The position numbers and the translations under genes were made by a program. Below the pieces are notes generated by a model. The model was not told the origin of the DNA. It ran no database searches and was given only the letters and a program-made list of their open reading frames with translations. From Mobula hypostoma (Eukaryota), in NCBI RefSeq assembly GCF_963921235.1, contig NC_086108.1, positions 8,308,001-8,372,000 of the forward strand: 64,000 nucleotides of DNA, given 5' to 3'. Below, piece by piece: positions 12,384-26,039 of the stretch (the stretch's first letter is position 1; the number at the start of each line of letters is the position of its first letter).

Positions 12384-12998
12384 CGAGGGGTGATAAGTTC
12401 GTGGCCTAAGGTAGAAGTAGTCAATTTTATAAAACCTAGTACATTTATTTTTCCTACATTTACACACTTAGCCCAGTGGTCGTGGAGCATACAGATCCCT
12501 TCTTTCTAGAAGTCGGCGTCTTCGACCACCAGAAGTGGTTCACAGCAGGGGTGATTGATAAGTTCGTGGCCTAAGGTAGAGGGAGATGAGTTATTAACTT
12601 CAAACTTTCTTCATTTTCACTCAAACTTGAACTGCACGTGCAGGTAACGAGAGCTGTATAACTCATCTCCTTCTACCTTAGGCCACGAACATATCAATCA
12701 CCCCTGCTGTGGACCACCTGGAGGTCCAAGACGCTCTTGTTACATGCACATGCAGTTCGACTCTGAGTGATAATACAGAAAGTTTAAAGTTATTAACTCA
12801 TCTTCTTCTACCTTAGGCCACGAACTTATCAATCACCCCTGCTGTGAACCACTTCTACAAAGAAGGGATCCGTATGCTCCACGACCACTGGACTAAGTGT
12901 GTACATGTAGGAGGGGACTATGTTGAAAAATAGATGTGCTTGGTTTTCTAAAATTTACTCCTCCTAGCTTAGGCCACGAACTTATCAATCACCCCTCG
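12384..12998. mobile_element. Tc1/mariner-type MITE with TA TSD and internal TIR copies
   Basis: TA|CGAGGGGTGAT..AAGTTCGTGGCCTAAG ... CTTAGGCCACGAACTTATCAATCACCCCTCG|TA, inserted into the tail of a LINE (..caacata|tgtcagtgat..). Confidence 0.9.
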
Positions 12999-13032
12999 TA
13001 TGTCAGTGATATTAAACCTGAATTTTTTTTAC

Positions 13033-13140
13033 ATAGAGACAGAGAGATAGACAGACACAGAGACAGAGAGATAGACAGACACAGAGACAGAGAGATAGAC
13101 AGACACAGAGACAGATAGACAGACACAGAGACAGAAATAG
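13033..13140. repeat. Compound (AGAC/AGAG/AGAT) microsatellite
   Basis: Direct reading; 24-nt higher-order unit. Confidence 0.9.
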
Positions 13141-14664
13141 AGTGAGATAATGTTAAAGATTGCTCTGAGAGCCAGTATACATACACTGGTTGGCCTGAAA
13201 AGTCTCCTTCTGTACCACACAGGGGTATGAAAAGTTTGAAGAGTCTGTGAGATCCCAGTATCACCAAATGAAGAGGCAATCCTGCAAGGACACACTGGCC
13301 ATGTCATATAGCACTACAGAACAGAAACAGGCCCTTCAGCCCATCTAGTGTATGTCAAGCTGTTATTCTGCCTACTCCCATCGACCTGCACCTAGTCGAG
13401 GGACCTCCCTACCCCTCCCATCCATGTACCTATCCAAATTTCTCTCCAATCTTGAAGTTGAATCTGTATCCACCACTTCCTAGCAACTCGTATCATTTTC
13501 ATCACTCTCGGACTTTCCGCTCGTGTGCCCCTCAAACTTTTCACCTTTCACCCTTAACCCATGACCCCAGTTGTAGTCTCTCCCTACCTCAGCACAAAAA
13601 AAAACACTATCTACACCCCTCATGATTTTGTATACCTCTATCAAATCTCTCCTCATTGCCCTTTGTTCCAAGGAATAAAGTCTTGACCTATTCAATCTTT
13701 CCCCATAATTCAGGTCCTCCAGGCCTGGCAACATCCTTGCAAATTTTCTCTGTTCTCTTAGTATTATCAAAACATTTCCTTGAAGGTCATCGTCATTCCG
13801 TGCCATGCCATATGACATGGGTGATCATGGTCTTTCTATGACCATGATTGTTCTGACAAATTTTTCTACAGAAGTGGCTTGCCGTTGCCTTCTTCTGGGC
13901 AGTGTCTTTACAAGATGGGTGACCCCAGCCATGATCAATGCTCTTCAGAGATTGTCTGCCTGGTGTCAGTGGTCACATAACCAGGACTTGTGATCTGCAC
14001 CGGCTGCTCGTACCACCACATGCTCCTATGGCTTCACGTGACCCTGATCGGTGGTGGGCATTGCTTAAGCAGGTGCTGCACCTTGCCCAAGGGGCCCTGC
14101 AGGCTGGCAGAGGGAAGGAGCACCTCGCACCTCCTTTGTAGCAATACATCTCCATCCTGCCGGCAGGTGACCAAAACTGTACATAAAACTCCAAACTAGG
14201 TCTTGTGTCAATATTACAGCCCAACTCCTATACTCAGTACTTTGATTTATGAAGGCCAATGTGTCAAAAGCCCACTTTACAAACCTATCCACCTGTGACG
14301 CCACTTTCGAGGAATTATGTGTCTGCATTCCCAGGTCTCTTTGCTCTGCCTTTGACACCTCCTCCACCCGTACATCAGGTTTAGATTTATCCTTCTGCAT
14401 GTCACACCCAGGAGGTGCACAGCTACCATGCAGTTTTCCTTGCAATCAACGCTGCAACTTGTGACAGTGTTGAGATGATCAGTGTACAAGTAAGGACCGT
14501 CACTCACACTCACTCCACCATTCAGCAAAATCAGGTCCGATGTCCTACCTCAGTCCGCTGTTCCTACACTCTCCCAGGTAGATAGGGTTATTCGCAAAGA
14601 GAGCTTTTGCCACATTAACCCTCTTGAATAAAAATACCGAGCACAGGAGTGGGAATGTTATAAA

Positions 14665-15200
14665 ACCACAAGACATAGGAGCAGAATTAGGCCATTCAGC
14701 CCATCAAGTCTGCTCAGTCATTTCATCATGACTGATTTCTTTTCCTCTCAGCCCCAATCTCCTGCCTTCTCTCAGTATCCCCTCATGCCCTGACCAATCA
14801 AGAATCTATCAACCTCTGCCTTAAATATAACAAATGACTTGGCCTCCATCGGCAACAAATTCCACAGATTTACCACCCTCGGGCTAAAGAAATTCCTCCT
14901 CATCTCTGTTCTAAATGGACATCCCTCTATTCTGAGGCTGTCTCCTCTGGTCTTAGACTCTCTCACCATAGGAACCATCTTCTCCACATCCACTCTATGG
15001 AGGCCTCCCAGCGTTCAATAGGTTCCAATGAGATCCCCCCCCCCCATTCTTCTAAACTTTAGCGAGTAAAGACCCAGAGCCATCAATTGCTCCTCATAAG
15101 ACTTAACCTCCCAGAATCATTCTTAGGAACCTCCTCTGAACCCTCTCCAATGTCAGTACATCTTTTTTCAGATAAGAGGCCCAAACTGCTCACAATACTC
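14665..15200 (-). mobile_element. CR1 LINE 3' fragment
   Basis: ORF 14772-14993 TRGDSLRIEGCPFRTEMRRNFFSPRVVNLWNLLP. Confidence 0.8.
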
Positions 15201-17436
15201 CAAATGACGACTCGGCAGTGCCTAAATATGTGGCAGTTGTATAAAATATTGAGGCCAAATTTGGAATATTGTGTGCACAAGTACATCAAGGTAGGACAAA
15301 AAGAACATAATTCATAGCTGTCTGCAAGTTCTTATGGTCTTGGGCAGACTGTTTGACGTACAAGGCAATGACGCATCAGGATACGATGCTTTCTATACAT
15401 CCACTTCACAAGTCACTATTATCACCGAGCAAGATTCTTTCACTCCAATTCTCTGTCTGCTATCCGTCACAATCCACACCAGTACATTGGTTAATTCCAT
15501 GAGTGGAGAACATTTTAACTGGTTGCATCACCGTCTGGTATGAGGAAAGGGAGCACAGCACAGGATCAGAAAAGGCTGTGGGAAGTTGCAAACTCCTGTC
15601 TCCATCATGGGAACTAGCCTCCCCACCATCCAGAACACCTTCAAAAGCTGATGCCTCAAAAAGGCGGCATCCATCATTAAGGAGCCCCATCACCTGGGAC
15701 ATGCCCTCTTTTCATTGCTACCATCAGGGAGGAGGTACAGAAGCCTGAAGACATACACTACACATTCAATGATTCAGGAACAGCTTCTTCCCCTCCGTCA
15801 TCAGATTTCTGAATGGACATTGAACTCATGAACACTACCTCACTACTTTTTTTCCCCTATTCTTTTGCAGTACTTATTTAATTTAATATGCTGGTATGGT
15901 GGTAGAGGCAAATACGTTGGAGGCTTTGAAGATTTAGATAGGCACATGGATGTAAGGAAGATGGAGGGATATGGACATGGTGTAGGTAGGAGGGATTAGT
16001 GTTTGGGGGTTTTTGTCGTGCTGGTGTTTGTAGTTCTGAGCAAGGTACACACATAATACATACATATATATACACATATTTCTTATTGTAATTTTGATTC
16101 TGCATTACATTGTACTGCTACCACAAAACAACAAACTTCGCAATATATGCAGGTGATATTAAACCTGATTCTGATTCTAACCTTAAGCAACCTCCTGTAC
16201 AAAGTTCTCAAATGTCTTCTGACAAACCCTAACACTGACAATTTACTCTCATCAAATCCACTAGTCACCTCCTCAAACTCAATAGATTAGGCAAAAGGTG
16301 TTGACTCGCCTCCATCTAAATATTCATTCCTTGCTATCCCTTGATTAGATTCCCGCACTTTCCCTCCTAAAGCATCACACTAACAGAGAAACAGAGGGGA
16401 GTCACTGTAGCGTAGTGGTTAGCACAATGTTTTACAATACAGGAGACCAGGTTCAATTCCCACCACTGTCTGTACATTTGTATGTTCTCCCTGTGACCGT
16501 GTGGCTTTCCTCCCACAGTCCAAAGACATACTAGTCAGTCAGTTAAATGGTTTTCGTAAATTACCCCGTGATTGGGGAGCTCGAAGGACCTATTCTGCAC
16601 TTTATCTCAATAAATATATAAAATGCAGGAAGTCAGGCAGCATCTATGGAGAGGAAAAAACAGTCAACGTTTTGGACCGAGACCCTTCTTCAGGATTGGA
16701 AAGGAAGGGGGCAGACAGCAGGTGATAGGTGAAATGAGGTGAGGGGGAAGGTGGCTGGGTGTGTGGGGGAACGGCGGGTAAGGGACTGGAGAATAAGGAA
16801 TCTGATAGGAGAGGAGAGTGGAGTATGAGAGGAAGTGGGGGGGCGGGTCCCAGAGGGAGGTGATGGGCAGGTGAGGAGAAGAGAAGAGTTGAGGGGGAAA
16901 CCAGAAAGGAGAATTTTGGAAAGAGGAGGGGAGGAGGAGAAATTGCTGGAAGTGAGAGAAGACACGAGGCCCGGGCAGGCCACGGTCTCAGTTCAGTGCA
17001 CAGCGGAGTGAACATCGCAGAGCAGTGAGAACTGACCCCACCCTTGACTTTTGGTCCTGACGCGCTGCCTTTTCAATCCAGCTGGCCTGGCGTTTCAAAT
17101 CTATTACAGAACTTCAGAAGCTGACAAACAGGCATCCATTATCTCCACAGCCAGTACTGGCAAAAAAGCACTGGAATGCTCACTTATCACCACCTTCTCT
17201 GACGTCTTTTTTTCTAATTCAATTTCTTATTCTTATCAGATCCTTACCGCCCTGGTATTTCTGGCAAGTGCTTTGTGACTTTTTCTCTGAAGACAGACAT
17301 GGAGCCTAACTCCTCTGATATTTCCCCTCTCCCCGTTATGTCTCCTATCTCATTGCAAAGTGCTCACATTCACTGCCTTTTCCTTTATTCAGGCCAATTC
17401 AAACTTTAAAGTACATTTATTATCAGAGTGCATATA

Positions 17437-17922
17437 TGTTCACCAGATTGATTCCTGGGATGGCAGAACTTTCATATGAAGAAAGACTGGATGAACTGGG
17501 CTTGTACTCGTTGGAATTTAGAAGATTGAGGGGGGATCTGATTGAAACGTACAAGATCCTAAAGGGATTGGACAGGCTAGATGCAGGAAGATTGTTCCCG
17601 ATGTTTGGGAAGTCCAGAACGAGGGGCCACAGTTTGAGGATAGAGGGGAAGCCTTTTAGGACCGAGATTAGGAAAAACTTCTTCACACAGAGAGTGGTGA
17701 ATCTGTGGAATTCTCTGCCACAGGAGACAGTTGAGGCCAGTTCATTGGCTATATTTAAGAGGGAGTTAGATATGGCCCTTGTGGCTACGGGGGTCAGGGG
17801 GTATGGAGGGAAGGCTGGGGCGGGGTTCTGAGTTGGAGGATCAGCCATGATCATAATAAATGGCGGTGCAGGCTCGAAGGGCCGAATGGCCTACTCCTGC
17901 ACCTATTTTCTATGTTTCTATG
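17437..17922 (+). mobile_element. Young CR1 3' fragment, nearly identical to 40929-41408
   Basis: ORF 17436-17831 matches the C-terminus of the 413-aa ORF. It has the same 3' hairpin and TTCTATGT tail and is nested in a LINE tail. Confidence 0.9.
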
Positions 17923-20900
17923 TCATCATATACAACCCTGAGATTCATTTTCCTGCGGGCATACTCAATAAATCTATTGAATAGTAACTGTAACAGGATC
18001 AATGAAAGATCAACCAGAGTGCAGAAGACAACAAACTGTGCAAATGCAAATATAAATACATAACAATAAATAACAAGAACATGAGATAATGAGATAAAGA
18101 GTCGGTAAAGTGAGATCATTGGTGGTGGAAACAACTCAATAGATGGGGGAAAGTGAGTGTAGTTATCCCCTTTTGATCAAGAGCCCAATGGTTGAGGGTA
18201 GTAGCTGCTCTTGAACCTGGTGGTGTGAGTCCTGAGGCTCTTGTACCTTCTACCTGATGGCAGCAGTGAGAAGAGATCATGTCCTGGGTGGTGGGGACCT
18301 GTGGTGATGGATACTGCTTTCCTATGACAGCGTTTCATGTAGATGTTCTCAACAGTTGGGGAGGGCTTTACCCAAGATGGACTGGGCCAGATCCACTACT
18401 TTTTGTAGGATTTTCCTTTCAAGGGCATTGATGTTTCCATACCAGGCTGTGATGCAGCCAGTCAGTACACTCTCCACTACACATCTATAGAAGTTTGTTC
18501 AAAAGTTTTAGCTGTGACTGAAGTGTCCAGCTAAAAGCCTTTTGAATGTACTGACTGTTTCTATTATTTTTACTTAGAGATACAGCATGAAACAGCCCCT
18601 TTCAGCCCCACGAATCCCACTGCCCAGCAACTCAACTATTTAGCCCGAGCCTGATCACGGGACAATTCACAATGACCAATTAACCTACTAACAAGTGTGT
18701 CTTTGGACTGTGGGAGGAAGCCAATATCAAGAGGAAAGCCACTTGTTCACGGGAAGGAAGTACAGATGGCATCGGAATTGAACTCTGAACTCCAATACCC
18801 CGAGCTGTAATAACATCAGGCTAACCGCTATGATACAGTAGCGCCCGGTACTGTCATATCCCACCTTTCCTTTCTTAGGCATAGAGCGATACGCTTTGGC
18901 CCATTGAATCCATACTGACCAACTAGTTACACCAGTCCTACACTAATCCTATTAATATACTCCCCACACCCACCAACTCCCCCAGACTCAAAACCAAAAG
19001 GGGAAGGCTGCATTGAGTTGCTTACCTACATGCAAAATTACAGTTGTAGCCACTCGGGGTCAACTCCTGCCGCTGTCTGTACATTCTCCCCATGGTCGCA
19101 CAAGATTCCTCCGGGTGCTCCGGTCTCCCCCCACAATCCAAAGGCAAACTGGTCAGTAGGGTGATTGGGCACATGGCTCCCAAAAAAATAACTTGCAAGT
19201 TGAGTCCGTGGTGAGAAAGGCAAATGCAATGTTAGCGCTTGTTTCAAGAGGGCTAGAATGTTAGTGCTCGTTTCAAGAGGACTAGAGTGCAAGAGCAAGG
19301 ATGCATTGGTGCGACCGTACTTGGAATATCGTGAGCGGTTTGTGCCTTTTATCGAAGAAAAGACGTGCTGGCATTGGAGAGGGTCCAGGGGAGGTTCATG
19401 AGAATGATTCCAGGAATGAAAGGGTTAACATATGAGAAAGTTTTGATGGCTCTGAGCCTGTACTCACTGAGTTTTGGAGAATAAGTCAGGGGGGTGAGGG
19501 GGGCGGGATCTCACTGAAACCTACAGAACCTGCAAGGAGCTTTACATTCTCCCTGTGGCTGTGTGGCTCCTCCAGGTGGTCTGGTTTCCTCCCACCTTCC
19601 AAAGTCAGAGGGGGTAGTAGGTGAATTGGTCACATGGGTGTAATTGGAGGGTACGGGCTCGTTGGGCCTGGTTCGGTACTGTATCCCTAACTAAGTAAAT
19701 AAACAAACATTGAAGGATGTGGATGGGAGGACAGTGAGCAACCTTTCCCCAGAGGATATGTGCTTATGGTGAGGAATTATTTTCTCCACCCAGAGGGTCA
19801 TTCAATCTGGAACTGAATGCCCAAGAAGGTAATTGTACAATGCTTATGAAATATTTGGATAAGCACAGGAGTGGTGTTTCCATACCAGTCTGTGATACAG
19901 GCAATGCCCTTGAACAGAAAAATCCTACAAAAGGTAGTGGACACGGCCCAGTACATCACGGGTAAAGCCCTCCCAACCACTAAGCAGATCTACATGAAAC
20001 ACTGTCGCAGCAAAGCAGCATCCATCAGAGGTTCCACCTCCCCCCCCCCCCCACCGTCTCAGTCACATTCTCTTCTCACTGCTGCTATCGGGAGGGTACA
20101 GGAACCTCAGGACTCTCACCACCAGGTTCAGGAGCAGTTACTACGTCTCAACCATCGGGCTCTTGAACCAAAGGGTATAACTTCACTTGCCCCATCACTG
20201 AACTGTTCCACAACCTATGGGCTCACTTTCAAGAACTCTTCATTTCTGTTCTCAATATTTATTTATTATTATTACTACTACTTCTTTTTGTATTTGCAGT
20301 GTTTGCTGGCTTTTACCCTAGTTGGGCAGCCTTTCATTGATTCATTGGCTATTATTCTATAGATTTATTGAGCATGTCCAAAAGAAACTGAATCTCAGGG
20401 CTGTATATGGTGACATACATGTACTTTGATAATTAATTTACTTTGAACTTTGAATTACCAAAGCAGCATAAACTACAGACCAAGTAGAGCAATTGAGATT
20501 ACTACAGATAGGTATTTGAGAGCTACCATGGACAAGATGGGCCAAAGGGCCTGTTTTCTCTGCAGTATGACTCTTTAAGGGTTTTTGAAAAGATTATCAA
20601 ATACTCTGGATTCAAGAGTATTTGGGCCATCAGTTAATCGGGACAGCACTTATTTTGTACTACTCTTAAAGAACAAAAACCAATCGAGAAAATAGCTGAG
20701 ATTCCCTTCATTTACTTGCGACACTATACCACTTAATTAGCACAGGAGAATGTTGCTGATCAGTTTCTGACTAGTATCAGCAATTAGACACTACATGGTG
20801 CTTACAGTGTCAACTGCTTCTGTTGGCGTTCAGAGAGCAGTGATTTTTTTCGCTGATAGCTGGTGAGAAATAAGCAGTAAGACAATTCAGAACCGTTTTG

Positions 20901-21077
20901 CTCACTGCAGTTTCAAGCATCGAGGCTTGGAGATTCCAGAAACAGCCAGGAGAGAAAATGAAACAATTTCATTACTTCAACAAGTTAGGATCTATAAAGA
21001 ATTTAAAGGTATCCACAATCATCTTGAATGTTACAACAAAAATGAAGACATTTTCTTCTTCCTCTACACATAACAGC

Positions 21078-21455
21078 CATTGGCGACCGAGATTGAGGTC
21101 GAATCGTTCAGACAGAGATGGTGCTCAGTACTCGGTGTCAGAGAGCTCCCAGATGACTCAGAGTCGGACTGGGGTCGGGCTTGGCAGGGAGAGTTTTTCT
21201 TCCTTCTCCCGTCTGCGTGAGATGTGGGACATTTGAGAGACTTTGAAATTTTTACTGTGCTCATGGACTTCTTCATCAAGTTATGGTATTGTTGCACTGT
21301 TGTAACTATGTTATAATTATGTGGTTTTGTTAGTTTTTTCAGTCTTGGTCTGTTCTGTGTTTTTGTGGTATCATACCGGAGGAAATATTGTATCATTTCT
21401 TAATGCATGCATTACGAAATGACAATATAAGAGGACTGCATGTCTTCATAATCTA
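21078..21455 (+). mobile_element. Family X copy C (5'-truncated)
   Basis: Shares cagagatgg..., ccgtctgcgtgagatg..., TAATGCATGCATTA and the GAGGAC..GTCTTC/AATCT end. Confidence 0.75.
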
Positions 21456-21544
21456 ACTCACCTGCTATTGGTTAACATGCCTAATGGTGAAACCTACCTA
21501 CAGCCAATCAGAAACTTCAGTGGTCCAACAAATAGTTAAATGAA

Positions 21545-22190
21545 CACATACAAAATGCTGGAGGAACTCAGGAGTTAGGTAACATCTATGGAACTGAATA
21601 AATAGTTGATATTTCAGGCCGAGACCCTTTTTCAGCACTGAGAGTGAAGGGAAAAGATGCTAGAATAAAAAGGGGGGGGGGGAAAGGAGGTTAGCTAGAA
21701 GGTGGTAGGTGAAGCCAATTGGGTGGGAAAAGTCAAGGGTTGGAGAAGAAAGAATCTGATGGCACAGGAGAGTAGATCATAGGAGAGAGGGAAGGAGGAG
21801 GGGACCCAGGGGAAAGTAATAGGCAGGTGAGAAGTGAAAAAGTGGGGAATAGAGGAAGGGGAGGGGAATTTTTTCACGGAAGAGATCAATACTTATGCCA
21901 TCAGGTTGGAGGCCACCCAAGCACAATACAAGGTGTTATTCCTCCACCCTGAGGGGAGCCACAATGGACCGACACATTGGAATGGGAATGCCAATCAGAA
22001 TTAAAATGTTTGGCCACTGGGAAGTCCCACTTGTTGCAAATGGAGTGGAGGTGCTCGAAGTGGCCTCCCCACCCCCCACCCAATTTATGATGGGTCTCAC
22101 CAGTGTAGAGGAGGTCTCATCGCAAGCACCAGACACAACAGATGACCCCAGCATATCCGCAGGTGAAGAGTTGCCTCACCTAGGACTGTT
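21545..22190 (-). mobile_element. Penelope-like element 3' fragment (GIY-YIG C-terminal remnant)
   Basis: ORF 21901-22083 (EHLHSICNKWDFPVAKHFNSDWHSHSN) matches the 43372-43602 ORF. pLTR sequence lies at 21545-21640. Confidence 0.75.
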
Positions 22191-22714
22191 TGGAGACTCC
22201 AGCAGATCTGCAGATGAGCCCCAAAGCCAAATCCTCAAATTTCCAAAACGGAAACACAAAATTGTACAGAGGTATTCTCTTTTCTTTTGGAAAGAATGTA
22301 CTTCAAGTCTCCTGGGGTTATTTTTACTACCAAGACTGACCTGGAAATGAACCTTGAATTTACTGGAGACGTCAGGCCAAACATCTTGGATTGCCAGCCC
22401 CCCCGGTTGTAACCGTGGTTACTGCCAGGATGTTGGAGAGGAACGAGTTCAATTGGCCAGCAATGCAAGCTTCTGACTGACTGTGATGCCTTTGACTTTC
22501 GTACTGTGTAAAATTCAGGCACAAGATCAAGTGTGGGGGATGAAAAGAGATATTGACGTGTTTGGGTCTCAACCAAGCGCGGAGCACACAACATGGGTCA
22601 GGCCAGGCTAGGCTAGAGAGGCCCAGGCATGTGTGACCGGGCAGCATACAGTGATGTACTGCTGCAGCTTCCCAGTGATGCCTGGCTGTGTTCTGGACTC
22701 AGCCCCACAACTGA

Positions 22715-22868
22715 ACCATTAACAACTGTGTGCAGTTCACAAGTAGCTCACCATTAACAACTGTGTGCAGTTCACAAGTAGCTCACCATTAACAACTGTG
22801 TGCAGTTCACAAGTAGCTCACCATTAACAACTGTGTGCAGTTCACAAGTAGCTCACCATTAACAACTG
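22715..22868. repeat. 35-bp perfect tandem repeat, 4.4 copies
   Basis: ACCATTAACAACTGTGTGCAGTTCACAAGTAGCTC at 22715, 22750, 22785 and 22820, partial at 22855. Confidence 0.95.
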
Positions 22869-24695
22869 GCACACACACAAAATGAACTAGTTCAATTGTG
22901 CATACATGCACATACACACATATACACCCACATACATACCAATTCCAATGCACATACAGATATGCACGCACACACATTAATTCCAGCATGTAGACACACA
23001 CACAAACACACTAGTGCCAACATATGCATGCGCACGCACGTATACACACACACACACACACACACTCACACACTCCCCCTCAAGATAGAGGCGGTTTGTT
23101 ATCCCCCAGGATCTGAACTCCAATCACCTCCCACATATGTACAGATGGGTAGCTTAATTGGCCACTGGAAATTGCCCCAGTGAGAGGTGAGGGGAAGAAT
23201 CGGGAGCTGATGGGAGTGAAAAATGGGATTAATATAAATGATTGGTCTGAGCTCAGAGGGCTGAGTTTCCCTGCCTTTTGAGCAGAAAAACTATCCTGTG
23301 ATACTTAGTGCTGGGTTATGGACTATAGTTTTGATGGACTCTCGATTAAACTCTTTTAGGGAGACTTTTTGCTATTGCTTGCATGGTGGGGAGGCATGGG
23401 GGGGGAATTCTGCTGGCGCAAGTGGGGGGGAGGGGGGCTTTGATGTTTCTATCGTTCATTCTTTGGGGTTTTTGTTTCGTGAATATCTGTGAAGAGTAAG
23501 AATTTTCAGCTTCTATAGTGTATATGTACTCTGACACTAATGACCCTTTGAACTTGCCTTGAGTTTGTCCTTGGTCTCACAGTGACTTCTCTGGTCTAGA
23601 TGTAAAGGCTAGCGAGGAGCCTTGGATCAGCTGCCCTCCCATCTCCACTGCTCCCATCTTGTTAGGATCCTCAACCTCTCACTCAAAGGTTCAAAGGACA
23701 TTTATTATCAATGTATGTAGTATACAAGCCAGAGACTTGTCTTCCTATTGACAGCCTAAAAACAAAGAAAACCCCTGAACTTGTTCAAAGAAAAACATCA
23801 AATACCTCTCCCCAGCACAAATAAAAACAAATTGCACAAGTGGCACAAAAATCGAGCGAGAAACACAGAATGTAAAACACAATATCAAAGGACTCCAGGC
23901 ATATTCAGTTCAATCTAGCGCTGTGCCATTCATAAACTGCAGGCCGCCCCGATCAAAAACGCACAAAGTAGCAACAAAGAAAAATATGAGCGACCAGGAA
24001 CCAGAAACACATCATAACGCGAACTACAGAGTCTAATCCGCAAACAGTGTCAATTAAACCTTGCCCAAGACCCAGGGACCTTCCCACATAGCATCCGGGG
24101 TTTAACAGGACAGGTGGACCTGCCTACCTGCATGGAATCTCATCCTCAGTTCCACCTGTCCAGGGCCCAATAGAGCAAGGGGGAGGGGATGGGACAGCTA
24201 CCTCCCTGGTCAAAGTGGAGGTCCCACCATAGATCTTAGGAGGACATTGTGGGAACCTCAGGCTCAGACTTTATACAGGACCACTGCGACCTCCTAACAC
24301 TTGTACTCAAAGTTGTATCCCCACCGACCCTGGGCCCGAGATTCTCTGGATCCAGTGGGAACGTTGAACTTTCCGAAGAGAGCATTGCTATACCTTTCAT
24401 TTTGTCCACCAGGTCACCTCTTCAAAGACTGAAGCTGGGAACTGTGCCTGTTTTGGGAGCCTGGTGAATGACCATAAGATAAAGGAGCAGAATTAGACCA
24501 TTTGGCCCATCAGGCCTGCACCTCCACTTCATCATGGCTGGTCGATTTCCCTCTCAGCACTAATCCCCATGTCCCTTCATGCCCTGACAAATCAAGAATC
24601 TATCAACCTCTGCCTTAAATATACCCAACGATTTGGCCTCCACAGCCAAGGAGACAGGCAACCGTGGAGAGTGAGCCCAAAGAGCAGCAGACAAG

Positions 24696-25260
24696 CACGC
24701 ACACTCCTACACAGCATTCATACGTGCACGCATACACACTCCTACACATTCATACGTGCACGCATACACACTCCTACACATTCATACGTGCACGTACACA
24801 CACACACTCCTACACGGCATTCATACGTGCACGTACACACAGACTCCTACACATTCATACGTGCACGCATACACACACTCCTACACATTCATACGTGCAC
24901 GCATATACACACTCCTACACATTCATACGTGCACGCATATACACACTCCTACACATTCATACGTGCACGTACACACACACACTCCTACACGGCATTCATA
25001 CGTGCACGTACACACAGACTCCTACACATTCATACGTGCACGCATACACACACTCCTACATTCATACGTGCACACATATACATACTCCTACACATTCATA
25101 CGTGCACATACACACACACACTCCTACACGGCATTCATACGTGCACGTACACACAGACTCCTACACATTCATCTGTGCACGCATACACAAACTCCTACAC
25201 ATTCATACGTGCACGTACACACACACACTCCTACACAGCATTCTTACATGCACACACATG
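24696..25260. repeat. Minisatellite, 32-38-bp unit (CACTCCTACACATTCATACGTGCACGYA(CA)n), about 16 copies
   Basis: Direct reading; it produces the His/Thr-rich spurious ORFs. Confidence 0.95.
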
Positions 25261-26039
25261 GAAAATTTAAATCAAGCTAATTAAGTAATCTGAAATCAAA
25301 AACAGAAATCAATGTTTGCAGTCATGAAAGTAGTGGCTTGTCTCAAACCCCACTTGCATCACAACCACCTTCATAGATCTTTATAGCATGATACAGGCCC
25401 TTCAGCCCACAAAGTTGTGCCAACCCTAATCTGAGATCAATCTTACTCTTCGAGTACATTTTTCTATCACCTATGTGCCTAAGTTTCTAATGTATCTGCC
25501 TCTATCACCATCCCTGGCAGTGCATTCCATGCACCCACCACTCTCTGTGTAAAAAAAACTACCTCTGACATTCCCTCCCTTAAACTTTCCTCCAATCACC
25601 TTAAAATTACGCCCCTCATAGTAGCCATTTCCACACTGGGAAAAAGTCTCTGGCTGTCCACTCTATACATGCATCTTATCATCTTGTAACTTCTATCAAG
25701 TCACTTCTCATTCTCTTTTGGTCTAACGAGGGGGGGAGGGGGAGGGGGGGACTCAGTCAGGGACAAACATCCACCCACACGCCTCCCCCAGTCCTCTTCA
25801 CCCTCGCTCACAGTGACTCCCACCACCTCCTCAGGATGTCTGAGCACTTTTTCAGGGCCAATGAAATACCTCACTGCCAACTGTACAAAGCAAGATCCCA
25901 CAGACGACAGTTAGAAAACTGACCGGGTGAAGACCCCACCCCAACCCACCCGGGTGAGTTCCCACACACACAGGGTCACGGTTCTGGTAAAGTAGAAACC
26001 CTCAGCTTAATCCGCTGCTATCCAACCCCGTGCCCAGGT

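Noticed and set aside
20590..21060. Possible Tigger/pogo-like relic
   Set aside because: I could not define TIRs, a TSD or a convincing transposase motif by eye.
22715..22868. 35-bp repeats of CRISPR-like length
   Set aside because: The units are directly adjacent with no spacers, there are no cas genes, and the context is vertebrate.
24569..25284. Long His/Thr-rich ORFs in three frames
   Set aside because: By-product of a stop-free minisatellite.
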